From a bacterium (GTDB lineage: Bacteria; Hydrothermota; Tepidihabitantia; Tepidihabitantales; Tepidihabitantaceae), in assembly GCA_046485285.1 (NCBI GenBank), contig JAWOHE010000005.1, forward strand, positions 1 through 20,597: a stretch of DNA of 20,597 bases, written 5' to 3'. The position numbers and the translations under genes were made by a program. Within the stretch, counting starts at the first letter, position 1. Each line of letters opens with the position of its first letter. The notes beneath the pieces are model-generated. The model searched no databases. It saw only the letters and a list, made by a program, of their open reading frames with translations, and was not told where the DNA came from. Positions 7,306 to 15,149 of the stretch are shown here, one piece after another.

Positions 7306-8594
7306 TGGCTGAGGCGGCGGCGGCGGTTGAGGCGGCGGCCGCGGTCCCGGCGGCACCGAAGCCGAGACTCTGGAACAGCAACTTCCTGCTGCTCTGGCAG
7401 GGCCAGTTGGTCAGCGCGATCGGGGACCAGGTCTACGCAATCGCGCTGGGCTTCTGGGTGCTCGAGCGGACCGGCTCGACCGCGCTGATGGGGACGCTGA
7501 TGGCGGTGTCGACACTGCCGCGGGTGCTGATTTCGCCATTCGCCGGTGTCTGGGTCGACCGCAGCGACCGCAAGCGGCTGATCGTGGTGATGGACGCGGC
7601 GCGCGGCGTCCTGGTCGTCGGCGTGGCGGCGGCGGCGTGGGCGGGCGCGCTCGAGGTCTGGATGGTGTTCGTCGCCGGCGTGCTGCTGTCGGTCGCCGGC
7701 GCGTTCTTCAGCCCGGCGGTGAGCTCGGCGCTGCCGGATATCGTGCCGCCGAAGCTGCTGGTCAAGGCCAACTCGGCGTTCGCGCTCATCGGCACCGGCT
7801 CGGGCATCGTCGGGAACTCGGCGGGCGGCTTCCTGTTCGCGGCGCTGGGCGCACCGCTGATGTTCCTGGCCAACGGCGTCTCGTACCTGGTCTCGGCGCT
7901 GACCGAGGCGTTCATCCGGGTGCCGCGGGTGCGGCACGGGCGCGTCGAGTTCCGGTTCTTCGACGACCTGCGCGACGGGCTCGGGTTCGTCTGGCGCTAC
8001 CGGGGTATCCGGTGGTCGATAGCGGTCTTCGCGGTGCTGAACTTCTTCGCCGGGATGGGTTTCATGCTGTTCCTGCCGCTGTTCCAGCAGTCGGAATGGC
8101 TCGGGCCGGCGCGCTACGGCCTGTTCGCGGCGGCGTTCACCGGCGGGCTGTTCCTCGGGTTCCTGGCGATGTCGGTGATTCAGGTGCCGCCCGGGCGGCG
8201 GTTCGGGGTCTTCTACCCGTGCGGCGTCGTCTCGATGCTCGCCGTCGCGGCGATCCCCGCGTGGCTGTTCTTCCCGGCGATGCTCGCGCTGGCGGCAGTC
8301 GGCGGGATTGCGAACGCGGTGCTGAACTCGTTCCTGAATGCGTCGATCCAGGCCGCGGTCCCGGGCGAACTCCGGGGCAAGGTGTTCAGCCTGATCGGGA
8401 CCGTCGCGGGCGGGCTGATGCCGCTCGCCTTCGCGCTGGGCGGCGGGCTGGCCGAAGTCATCCCGCTGCGGGCGGTCATCGCCGGGGCGTTCGTGCTGAC
8501 CGCGTTCAGCTTTGTCCCGCTGGCGTTCTCGCGGCCGACCGTCGCGCTGGTCAACTACGACCCGGAGCGCGACACGGTCGAGGCGATACGCTGA
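7305..8594 (+). CDS. MFS transporter (Mef/EntS-like exporter group)
   Basis: About 12 hydrophobic segments; 'NFLLLWQGQLVSAIGD', motif A 'GVWVDRSDRKRL', 'VPGELRGKVFS'; TGATG overlap with the upstream gene. Confidence 0.92.
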   Translation: MAEAAAAVEAAAAVPAAPKPRLWNSNFLLLWQGQLVSAIGDQVYAIALGFWVLERTGSTALMGTLMAVSTLPRVLISPFAGVWVDRSDRKRLIVVMDAARGVLVVGVAAAAWAGALEVWMVFVAGVLLSVAGAFFSPAVSSALPDIVPPKLLVKANSAFALIGTGSGIVGNSAGGFLFAALGAPLMFLANGVSYLVSALTEAFIRVPRVRHGRVEFRFFDDLRDGLGFVWRYRGIRWSIAVFAVLNFFAGMGFMLFLPLFQQSEWLGPARYGLFAAAFTGGLFLGFLAMSVIQVPPGRRFGVFYPCGVVSMLAVAAIPAWLFFPAMLALAAVGGIANAVLNSFLNASIQAAVPGELRGKVFSLIGTVAGGLMPLAFALGGGLAEVIPLRAVIAGAFVLTAFSFVPLAFSRPTVALVNYDPERDTVEAIR

Positions 8595-8595
8595 C

Positions 8596-8651
8596 GCCGT
8601 CCCGGTCGCGCGGCCGACTCTCCTCCTGACCTCCGCGACCGGGACGGCTTT
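8596..8651 (+). terminator. 15-bp perfect inverted repeat after the MFS gene
   Basis: GCCGTCCCGGTCGCG (8596-8610) / CGCGACCGGGACGGC (8634-8648), 23-nt loop, followed by TTT. Confidence 0.6.
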
Positions 8652-8677
8652 GACAGCGGCGGCACAGCCGCTAACTT
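8650..8677 (+). promoter_or_regulatory. Putative sigma70 promoter for the serpin unit
   Basis: TTGACA 8650-8655, 16 bp, TAACTT 8672-8677; SD GGAGGA before ATG 8708. Confidence 0.55.
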
Positions 8678-8707
8678 CTCCGGGTACATCCCGAAACGGA
8701 GGACACG

Positions 8708-9943
8708 ATGATTCGTAGCGCCACCTGCCTGCTTGCCGCCGCGTTGGTCGCGAACTGCGCCGGCGGCGCCCGGAAGCCCGAAGTCGAAGACCGGCCGGCG
8801 GCCGGGCCGGTCGAGATGGCAAAGGTCGTCGAGGTCGGCAACCGGTTCGGCCTCCGGCTGTTCGAGGAGCTGGTGGCCGAGGCGCCGGGCGCGAACCTGT
8901 TCATCTCGCCGCCGAGCATCGCGCTGGCGCTGGCGATGGCCTGGAACGGCGCCCGGGGCGAGACGCGCGCGGCGATGGCGGAGGCGCTCGGGCTCGGCGG
9001 GCTCGACCCGGCCGAGGTCAACCGCGCCAGCGCCGCCCTGCTCGCGGCGTTCGCGACCGGCGACGATAAGGTGACGCTCGACATCGCGAACTCCCTCTGG
9101 TCGCGCCGTGGCATCCCGCTGGCCGAGGAGTTCGTCAAGACCAATGCCGACTACTACGGGGCGCGGGCGGCCGAGCTCGACTTCGGCTCGCCCGAAGCGG
9201 TCAGGACGATAAACGACTGGGTCAGCGACCGGACCCGGGGGAGGATACCGGATATCATCGGCCGGCTCCAGCCCGAGGACGTGCTGGTGCTGCTCAACGC
9301 GGTCTACTTCAAGGGGGCCTGGACCGACGCGTTCGACCCCGAGTTCACGCGCGAGCGCGAGTTCGCCGCTGCCGGCGGCGCGAAGAAACCCTGGCCGATG
9401 ATGGCCCGGAGCGCCGAGTTCCGCTACCGGGAGGGCGACGGCTTCCAGGCGGTCCGGCTCGGCTACGGCGCGGGCGACATCGCGATGTACGTGCTCCTGC
9501 CCGAAGGGCCGCCGGCCGGGCTCGCCGCCCGGCTCGCGCCCGGCGAGTTCGCGCGCTGGGCCGGTGAGCTGCGGATGCGCAGGGGCGAGGTCGTCCTGCC
9601 GCGGTTCCGGCTCGAGTACGCGAAGAAGCTCAACGACGCGCTCAAGCGGGTCGGGATGGACATCGCGTTCGACCCGGCGCGCGCCGACTTCCACGGGATG
9701 CTCGGGGCGGAAATCGACATGCCGTTCTTCATCAGCGAGGTGATGCACAAGAGCTTTGTCGAGGTCAGCGAGGAGGGCACCGAGGCGGCCGCGGCGACCT
9801 CGGTGACGCTGACGCTGACCGCGATGCCGGTCGAGGAGGAGAGATTCCGGATGGTCTGCGACCGGCCGTTCCTCTACGCCATCCGCGACGACCGCAGCGG
9901 CGCGCTCCTGTTCGCGGGCGTCCTCAACGACCCGTCCGAGTAG
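8708..9943 (+). CDS. Serpin (serine protease inhibitor), predicted lipoprotein
   Basis: 'NLFISPPSIALALAMAWNGARGET', 'INDWVSDRTRGRI', 'LVLLNAVYFKGAW...F', hinge 'EEGTEAAAAT', C-terminal 'DRPFLYAIRD..SGALLFAG.L.DP'; lipobox-like VANC. Confidence 0.97.
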   Translation: MIRSATCLLAAALVANCAGGARKPEVEDRPAAGPVEMAKVVEVGNRFGLRLFEELVAEAPGANLFISPPSIALALAMAWNGARGETRAAMAEALGLGGLDPAEVNRASAALLAAFATGDDKVTLDIANSLWSRRGIPLAEEFVKTNADYYGARAAELDFGSPEAVRTINDWVSDRTRGRIPDIIGRLQPEDVLVLLNAVYFKGAWTDAFDPEFTREREFAAAGGAKKPWPMMARSAEFRYREGDGFQAVRLGYGAGDIAMYVLLPEGPPAGLAARLAPGEFARWAGELRMRRGEVVLPRFRLEYAKKLNDALKRVGMDIAFDPARADFHGMLGAEIDMPFFISEVMHKSFVEVSEEGTEAAAATSVTLTLTAMPVEEERFRMVCDRPFLYAIRDDRSGALLFAGVLNDPSE

Positions 9944-9974
9944 CCGGCGTGCGGGGCGGAGCCTGAAGGCGCTC

Positions 9975-10589
9975 GTGCTCGCGGCCGCGCTCGGCGCGGC
10001 GGCGGCCGGGCCGGGCTGGCGGTTCGACGTCGCCGGCGGCGCGGCTTGGAACGCGGCCACGCCGCTCGTCATCGAGCAGGCGGGCGAAGAGCCACTGTGG
10101 ATTGACGCGCGCTACAATACCCGGCCGCTGGCCGAGGTCCCCTACTATGGCCTGCGGCTCGGGCGCGGGCAGGACGCGCGCTGGGAGTTCGAACTCGTCC
10201 ATCACAAGCTCTACCTCGATGACCGGCCGCCCGAGGTCGGGAGGTTCCGGGTGACGCACGGCTACAACTACCTGTGCCTGAACCGGAGCTGGCCGGCCGG
10301 GCCGCTCGAGCTCCGATTCGGCGCCGGGCCGATGCTCGTCCACCCGGAGAACACCGTGCGCGGCCGGGTGCTGGACGAGACCCGGGGCATCCTCGGCACC
10401 GGCTGGTATGTCGGCGGCGCGGGTTTCCAGTTCGGGGCCGGCCGGCGCTGGCGGCTCGGCCGCGTCGTCGAGCTGGTCATCGAGGGCAAGGCAACCGCGG
10501 CCTGGGCCGAGGTGCCGGTGGCCGGCGGCCGGGCGACGGTCCCGAACGCGGCCCTGCACGGGCTTGCCGGGCTAGGGTTCAGGCTCTAG
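9975..10589 (+). CDS. Hypothetical small outer-membrane beta-barrel-like protein
   Basis: Alternating amphipathic strands, C-terminal 'LGFRL', distinctive 'WEFELVHHKLYL' and 'THGYN' segments. Start codon uncertain: frame is open upstream (CTG AAG GCG CTC at 9963). Confidence 0.65.
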   Translation: MLAAALGAAAAGPGWRFDVAGGAAWNAATPLVIEQAGEEPLWIDARYNTRPLAEVPYYGLRLGRGQDARWEFELVHHKLYLDDRPPEVGRFRVTHGYNYLCLNRSWPAGPLELRFGAGPMLVHPENTVRGRVLDETRGILGTGWYVGGAGFQFGAGRRWRLGRVVELVIEGKATAAWAEVPVAGGRATVPNAALHGLAGLGFRL

Positions 10590-10598
10590 GCCGCGGCG

Positions 10599-11846
10599 GT
10601 GGTGACCGGGCTCGTCCGCCGGGCGCTGTCCGCGCCGGGCGACGAGTACGTCTTCCGGCCCTGCCGCGACTGGCAGCCGCGGTTCGACCCCGGTGACGAC
10701 TGCGGGCTCTACATCCACGTGCCGTTCTGCCGCAACGCCTGCCCGTACTGCCCCTACAACACCGTGCCGTGGGACCCGGCGCTGGTCCCGGGGTTCGTCG
10801 CGGCGCTCAAGGCCGAGATGGGCCGGTACCGGGAGAAGGTCGGCCGGCGCCGGTTCTCATCGCTCTACATCGGCGGCGGGACGCCGACGCTGATCGCGGC
10901 CGGGCTTGCCGGGGTACTCGACGAGATGCGCCGGCTCTTCGAGCTCGACGGCCCGGTGGCGATCGAGACCGGCCCGGGCGACGTCACCGCATCCCGCATC
11001 GGCGAGCTCCGGTCGCTCGGCGTGGACTACGTCAGTCTCGGCGTGCAGAGCTTCAACGACCGGCACCTCGCGACCATCGGCCGCAGCCACGGCGGCGTGG
11101 AAGCGGCGCGGGCGGCGGAATTGCTGGTCTCGGCCGGGTTCCGGGTCGTCAACCTCGACCTGATCTTCGCCCTGCCCGGGCAGACCGAGGATGAGCTGGT
11201 TGCCGACCTCGCGGCCGCGGTCGCGCTCGGCGCCGGCCAGGTGACCTGCTACCCGCTGTTCACCTTCCCGTACTCCACCGTCGGCCGGTTCAAGCGCCTG
11301 CGCCGGCTCAGGATGCCGCCCGGCGCCACCCGCCGCCGGATGTACTACCGGCTCTCGGGATTCCTCCGCGAGAGCGGCTACCGGCGGTCGTCGGTCTGGG
11401 GATTCATCCGGCCGGGTTCCGCGGCCTACTCCTCGGTCACCCGCGACTACTACCTCGGCTTCGGGCCCGGGGCGGTGAGCTACGACGGGCACTCGTTCAG
11501 TTTCAACACCTTCCCGCTGGGCGAGTACACCCGGGCCGCGCGCGCGGGCCTGCCGACCGCCCTGCGGATGGAGGTCACCGACCGGATGCGCGAGCTCTTC
11601 TGGTTCTACTGGCGGCTGTACGAAGCCGAGGTGCCGGCGCGTGCCGGCCTGTCACGGCCGCTCGTCGAGCTTGTACGCCTGCTCGGCCTGCTCGGGCTGG
11701 TGCGCCGGGAAGGCGACCGGCTCGCGCTCAACGACCGGGGCGCGCACTGGGTTCACCTGGCGCAGAACCACTTCGCGCTGAACTACGTCAGCCGGGTGTG
11801 GTCGGCCTGCCTCGCCCGGCCCTGGCCGGGTGCGATCCGGCTCTGA
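10599..11846 (+). CDS. HemN-like (class C) radical SAM protein, possibly MenK/MenK2-type methyltransferase
   Basis: 'LYIHVPFCRNACPYCPY' (CxxxCxxC), 'YIGGGTPT', 'SLGVQSF', 'NLDLIFALPGQT', 'QVTCYPLF', 'YLGFGPGA'. Confidence 0.85.
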   Translation: MVTGLVRRALSAPGDEYVFRPCRDWQPRFDPGDDCGLYIHVPFCRNACPYCPYNTVPWDPALVPGFVAALKAEMGRYREKVGRRRFSSLYIGGGTPTLIAAGLAGVLDEMRRLFELDGPVAIETGPGDVTASRIGELRSLGVDYVSLGVQSFNDRHLATIGRSHGGVEAARAAELLVSAGFRVVNLDLIFALPGQTEDELVADLAAAVALGAGQVTCYPLFTFPYSTVGRFKRLRRLRMPPGATRRRMYYRLSGFLRESGYRRSSVWGFIRPGSAAYSSVTRDYYLGFGPGAVSYDGHSFSFNTFPLGEYTRAARAGLPTALRMEVTDRMRELFWFYWRLYEAEVPARAGLSRPLVELVRLLGLLGLVRREGDRLALNDRGAHWVHLAQNHFALNYVSRVWSACLARPWPGAIRL

Positions 11847-11863
11847 CCTGCGCCGGCAAGGCA

Positions 11864-11888
11864 AGGGCGGGCGCAGTGCGCCCGCCCT
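11864..11888. terminator. Hairpin between convergent genes (possible bidirectional terminator)
   Basis: AGGGCGGGCGC-agt-GCGCCCGCCCT, perfect 11-bp stem between stops at 11846 and 11906. Confidence 0.65.
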
Positions 11889-11905
11889 CACAGCAAGACC
11901 GGTTG

Positions 11906-13672
11906 TCAGTCGAGGACGATGAACTCGGCCCGGCGGTTCTGGGCCTGACCTTCCGCGGTCGCGTTCGTGGCAATCGGCTGGTCGGGTCCGAAGCCCCGCG
12001 CGCTGAGCCGGCCGCGCTCGATTCCCAGCTTGTCGACGAGGTAGTCGACCACCGCCTGCGCCCGGCGCTGCGACAGCAGCCGGTTGTAGTCCGCGCCGCC
12101 GATGTTGTCGGTGTGGCCCTGGATCTCGACGCGGATCCCGGCGTTCTCGCGCATTATCTTCGCCGCGCCTTCGAGCGCCGGCTGGGACTCGGGCTTGAGC
12201 GTCGAGCGGTCGAAGTCGAAGAAGACCTTGAGCGGGATCGTCACGCCCTTCCTGACGAGCGCGAAGTCGGCCCGGGCTTCCTCGCCGGCCACGACCGTCA
12301 CGGTGCTGGTGGCGGTCAGGTAGCCGTCGGCGACGACCTGGATCCAGAACTTGCCGGCGGGCACGTCAGCGACCGCGAACTCGCCATCGGCCGCGTCCAG
12401 CCCGGCGAGCCGCGAGCCCGGGAACTCGACGCGCGCGGAAACCGGCTGGCCGGTCGCCGCGTCGGTGATGCTGCCGGCAACCGAGCCGGTGTTCGCCGGC
12501 TCGGGCCGGAGCGCGAGCTCGACCTGGACGGTCTGGCCGGCGACGACCTCGACCCACTCCTCACCCGGCAGGTAGCCGGCGGCCTCGGCCTGGAGCATCA
12601 CGTGCCCGGCGGGGACGTCACGGGCCGCGAAGGTGCCTTTGTCGGCATCGGCCCCGAGCGGCGCGATGCTGGTGCCCGGGAAGCTGATGTCGGCGGCGAG
12701 CGGGGCGCCGGTCTCGGCGTCGGTTACCCTGCCGGCAATCGTGCCGGTCGTGACCCGGCGCGGAGTGAACAGCCGGCCGGACAGGCCCAGCCCGGCGATG
12801 AGCTCGAGGTCGGGCGTCGGGTCGGACAGGCCGATCGAGGCGCCGGCCTCGAGGTAGAACGGATGGAGGAAGCCGAGCTTGATGCCGGGCGTGACGAAGA
12901 TCCTGCCCGACTTGTCGAGCGGCGAGGCCGAGCCCTCCTGCTCGGACACGAACTCGGCGAAGATGTCGAGCCGGTCGACCTGGTACTCGAGAGCGGCGGA
13001 CCAGGTCGTCAGCGTGGTCTTGATTTCACCGCCGTCGCGCGGCGTGTAGCTGTCGTAGGCCTGCCCGTAGTTGAGGTGCAGGGCCGGGGTCCAGGCCGCG
13101 AGGTCCTGGAAGTCGAGGGTCAGGAGGCCGCTCCACGAAGGGCCGTTGAGCCAGGGCATGCCGAAGCGGCCCCAGCGCCAACCCGTCCGGCGGAAGAAGT
13201 CGTCGCCGCGGGGCAGGCTCCAGGCGCCGGTCGCGCCGAGCTTGAGGACCGGGATGACCGGGATCGACAGCTTCGCCCCGGGCACGATGTTGTGCCAGTC
13301 CCAGAAGTTCTGGTAGCCCTTGAGCCAGGCGAGCTGCGCGGCGGTCGAATCCGGGTGCGGTGAGGTGTACTCGCGCACGCCGCCGTGCCAGCAGTAGAGC
13401 TCGAACCAGTCGCAGGGCGAGAGGGCGACCGAGGCGAAGAGGTCGTTCGTGTAGACGCTCATCGACGGCGTCATCCCGACCCGCCAGGCCTCGGGGACCG
13501 TATTGTAGTCTCCCCAGCGGGCCAGCCCGTGGAGCATCAGCGAACCGTTCCAGTAGCCTTCCGACCGGGCGTCCTGGACGCGGAACATCCCGCGCCCGCC
13601 GGAAAGCCCGGTCCACGCCGCGGCCTGGGCCGCCAGGCCGGCCGCCAGCACCAGGACCAACAGTCTGCGCAT
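11906..13672 (-). CDS. OmpA-family protein: N-terminal barrel-like region, two carboxypeptidase-regulatory-like repeats, C-terminal peptidoglycan-binding OmpA domain
   Basis: Start moved to ATG 13672 (SD CAGGAGG, signal peptide MRRLLVLVLAAGLAAQAAA); 'VFFDFDRSTL', 'IQGHTDNIG...YN..LSQRRAQAVVDYL', 'GFG..QP.A.N.T..G.A.NRRAEF'. Confidence 0.92.
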   Translation of the reverse strand: MRRLLVLVLAAGLAAQAAAWTGLSGGRGMFRVQDARSEGYWNGSLMLHGLARWGDYNTVPEAWRVGMTPSMSVYTNDLFASVALSPCDWFELYCWHGGVREYTSPHPDSTAAQLAWLKGYQNFWDWHNIVPGAKLSIPVIPVLKLGATGAWSLPRGDDFFRRTGWRWGRFGMPWLNGPSWSGLLTLDFQDLAAWTPALHLNYGQAYDSYTPRDGGEIKTTLTTWSAALEYQVDRLDIFAEFVSEQEGSASPLDKSGRIFVTPGIKLGFLHPFYLEAGASIGLSDPTPDLELIAGLGLSGRLFTPRRVTTGTIAGRVTDAETGAPLAADISFPGTSIAPLGADADKGTFAARDVPAGHVMLQAEAAGYLPGEEWVEVVAGQTVQVELALRPEPANTGSVAGSITDAATGQPVSARVEFPGSRLAGLDAADGEFAVADVPAGKFWIQVVADGYLTATSTVTVVAGEEARADFALVRKGVTIPLKVFFDFDRSTLKPESQPALEGAAKIMRENAGIRVEIQGHTDNIGGADYNRLLSQRRAQAVVDYLVDKLGIERGRLSARGFGPDQPIATNATAEGQAQNRRAEFIVLD

Positions 13673-13751
13673 CGTTCCTCCTGATTTCCGCCGCCCCGGG
13701 CGCGGCACTTCCGGCACCCCCGGCCCGAGCCGGTCGGCACCGACAATTGAA

Positions 13752-13780
13752 GTTATACACACAATAAGGCGTTCTGGCAA
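13752..13780 (-). promoter_or_regulatory. sigma70 promoter for the OmpA-family gene
   Basis: Minus strand TTGCCA, 17 bp, TATAAC, with TG extended -10 element. Confidence 0.65.
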
Positions 13781-13829
13781 GCCCGGAAACGACCTTGACA
13801 GGCGGGCTTCTTGGCGGTTCCCTTATCCG

Positions 13830-14549
13830 GTGAGTCTCGTCCCGCTGCTGCTGCTGCTTGCCGCGTCCTCCCTGGCAATCGAGGAAGTGATGGCCGGGGC
13901 GCACCGGCGTGAGGCGGAGCTCGACCGCGAGGTGCGCGACGCGCAGTTCCTCGCTGAGTACCGCTACGAGGAGCGGGAGGCGGACGGCCGGGTCCGGTCG
14001 GTCGAAACCTGCCTGCGCCGGGTGTACGTCCGGGGCGGCCGCCAGGTCGTGGAGTTCCTCGAGGTGACCGCGGACGGCAGGGTGCTCGCGGGCCGGGAGC
14101 GGGAGCGGAAGCTGCGCGAGCTCCGGGCGAGGGGGCTTGCGCAGGACCGGACCCGGATGCCGTTCCGGCGTGAGACCGCGGGCGAGTACCGCTATGAGCT
14201 TGCCGGCGATACCCTGCTCGACGGCCGGCGGGCCTGGCGGGTCGAGTTCCGCCCGGCGCGTTCGACCGGCCGGCACATCGTCGGCCGGGGCTGGCTGAGC
14301 GCGGATTCCACCTGCGACATTCTCCGGCTGGAGTTCCGGCCGGACCGCCTGCCATTCGTGGTCCCGGAGATGGAGATGACCCTGGCCTACGAACAGGCCG
14401 GCAACCGGACCCTGCCGGCGCGGTTCGATCTCGAGATGCGGGTGCTGGTGCGGCTCATCGTCACGCTGGCCGAGCGGCACATCAGCATCGAGGACCGGTT
14501 CGGCGGGTACCGGTTCAACACCGGCCTGCCCGACTCGCTCTTTGAGTAG
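13830..14549 (+). CDS. Secreted hypothetical protein (possible LolA-like beta-sheet fold)
   Basis: Signal peptide MSLVPLLLLLAASSLA; 'YRYELAGDTLLDGRRAWRVEFRP....G..W' and C-terminal 'YRFNTGLPDSLF' recall LolA-like proteins; stop 3 nt before next ATG. Confidence 0.7.
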   Translation: MSLVPLLLLLAASSLAIEEVMAGAHRREAELDREVRDAQFLAEYRYEEREADGRVRSVETCLRRVYVRGGRQVVEFLEVTADGRVLAGRERERKLRELRARGLAQDRTRMPFRRETAGEYRYELAGDTLLDGRRAWRVEFRPARSTGRHIVGRGWLSADSTCDILRLEFRPDRLPFVVPEMEMTLAYEQAGNRTLPARFDLEMRVLVRLIVTLAERHISIEDRFGGYRFNTGLPDSLFE

Positions 14550-14552
14550 CCG

Positions 14553-15149
14553 ATGGCGCCCTGGCTGGTCGCGGTCATCCTCACCCCGGCCGGGTACCTG
14601 CTCGGCAGCGTGCTGTTCGCGGTTCTGCTCGCGCGCCTGCGCCGGCGCGACGTTCGTTCGGTCGGCGACCGCAACCCGGGCGCGGTCAACGCGTTCAAGG
14701 CGGCCGGTCCGGTTGTCGGCACCGCCGCGCTGCTGCTTGACTTCCTGAAGGGCGCGCTGCCGGTCGGGCTGGCGCGTTGGTCGCTCGGGGTGGACGGCTG
14801 GTGGCTGATTCCGGTGGCGCTGGCCCCGGTGCTCGGCCACGCCTTCCCGCTCTTCGCCCGCTTCCGGGGCGGCAAGGCGGTGGCGGTGACATTCGGCGCA
14901 TGGTGCGGGCTGACACTCTGGGAAGGTCCGACGGTGCTGAGCGTGCTGCTCGGGCTGGCGTGGCTGGCGCAGGCAGTGGACAGCTGGAATGTGGTGTTCG
15001 CCCAGCTCGCGCTGGGCGGCTGGTGGCTTGCCCGGGGCGCGGACCCGGCGCTGCTTGCGGTCTGGGCCGGGAGCGCGGCAGTGCTGGCGTTCAAGCACCG
15101 GCGGGAACTGCGCCGGCCGCCGCGGCTGAGGAGACGCCGCCGGTGCTGA
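14553..15149 (+). CDS. PlsY-like acyltransferase (divergent paralogue)
   Basis: 'GYLLGS', 'DVRSVGDRNPGAVN', 'LDFLKGALPV', 'APVLGHAFP.F..FRGGKAVA'; C-terminal motif 3 degenerate. Confidence 0.85.
   Translation: MAPWLVAVILTPAGYLLGSVLFAVLLARLRRRDVRSVGDRNPGAVNAFKAAGPVVGTAALLLDFLKGALPVGLARWSLGVDGWWLIPVALAPVLGHAFPLFARFRGGKAVAVTFGAWCGLTLWEGPTVLSVLLGLAWLAQAVDSWNVVFAQLALGGWWLARGADPALLAVWAGSAAVLAFKHRRELRRPPRLRRRRRC

Noticed and set aside
4840-11846. RiPP cluster (repeat peptide + radical SAM + MFS exporter)
   Set aside because: The peptide has a lipoprotein signal rather than a leader/core; the radical SAM is HemN-like without SPASM or RRE, and is separated by a hairpin and a new promoter.
10599-11846. 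Assignment as hemN or hemW
   Set aside because: Lacks the HemW HNxxYW motif, and no heme-pathway genes are adjacent; symbol withheld.
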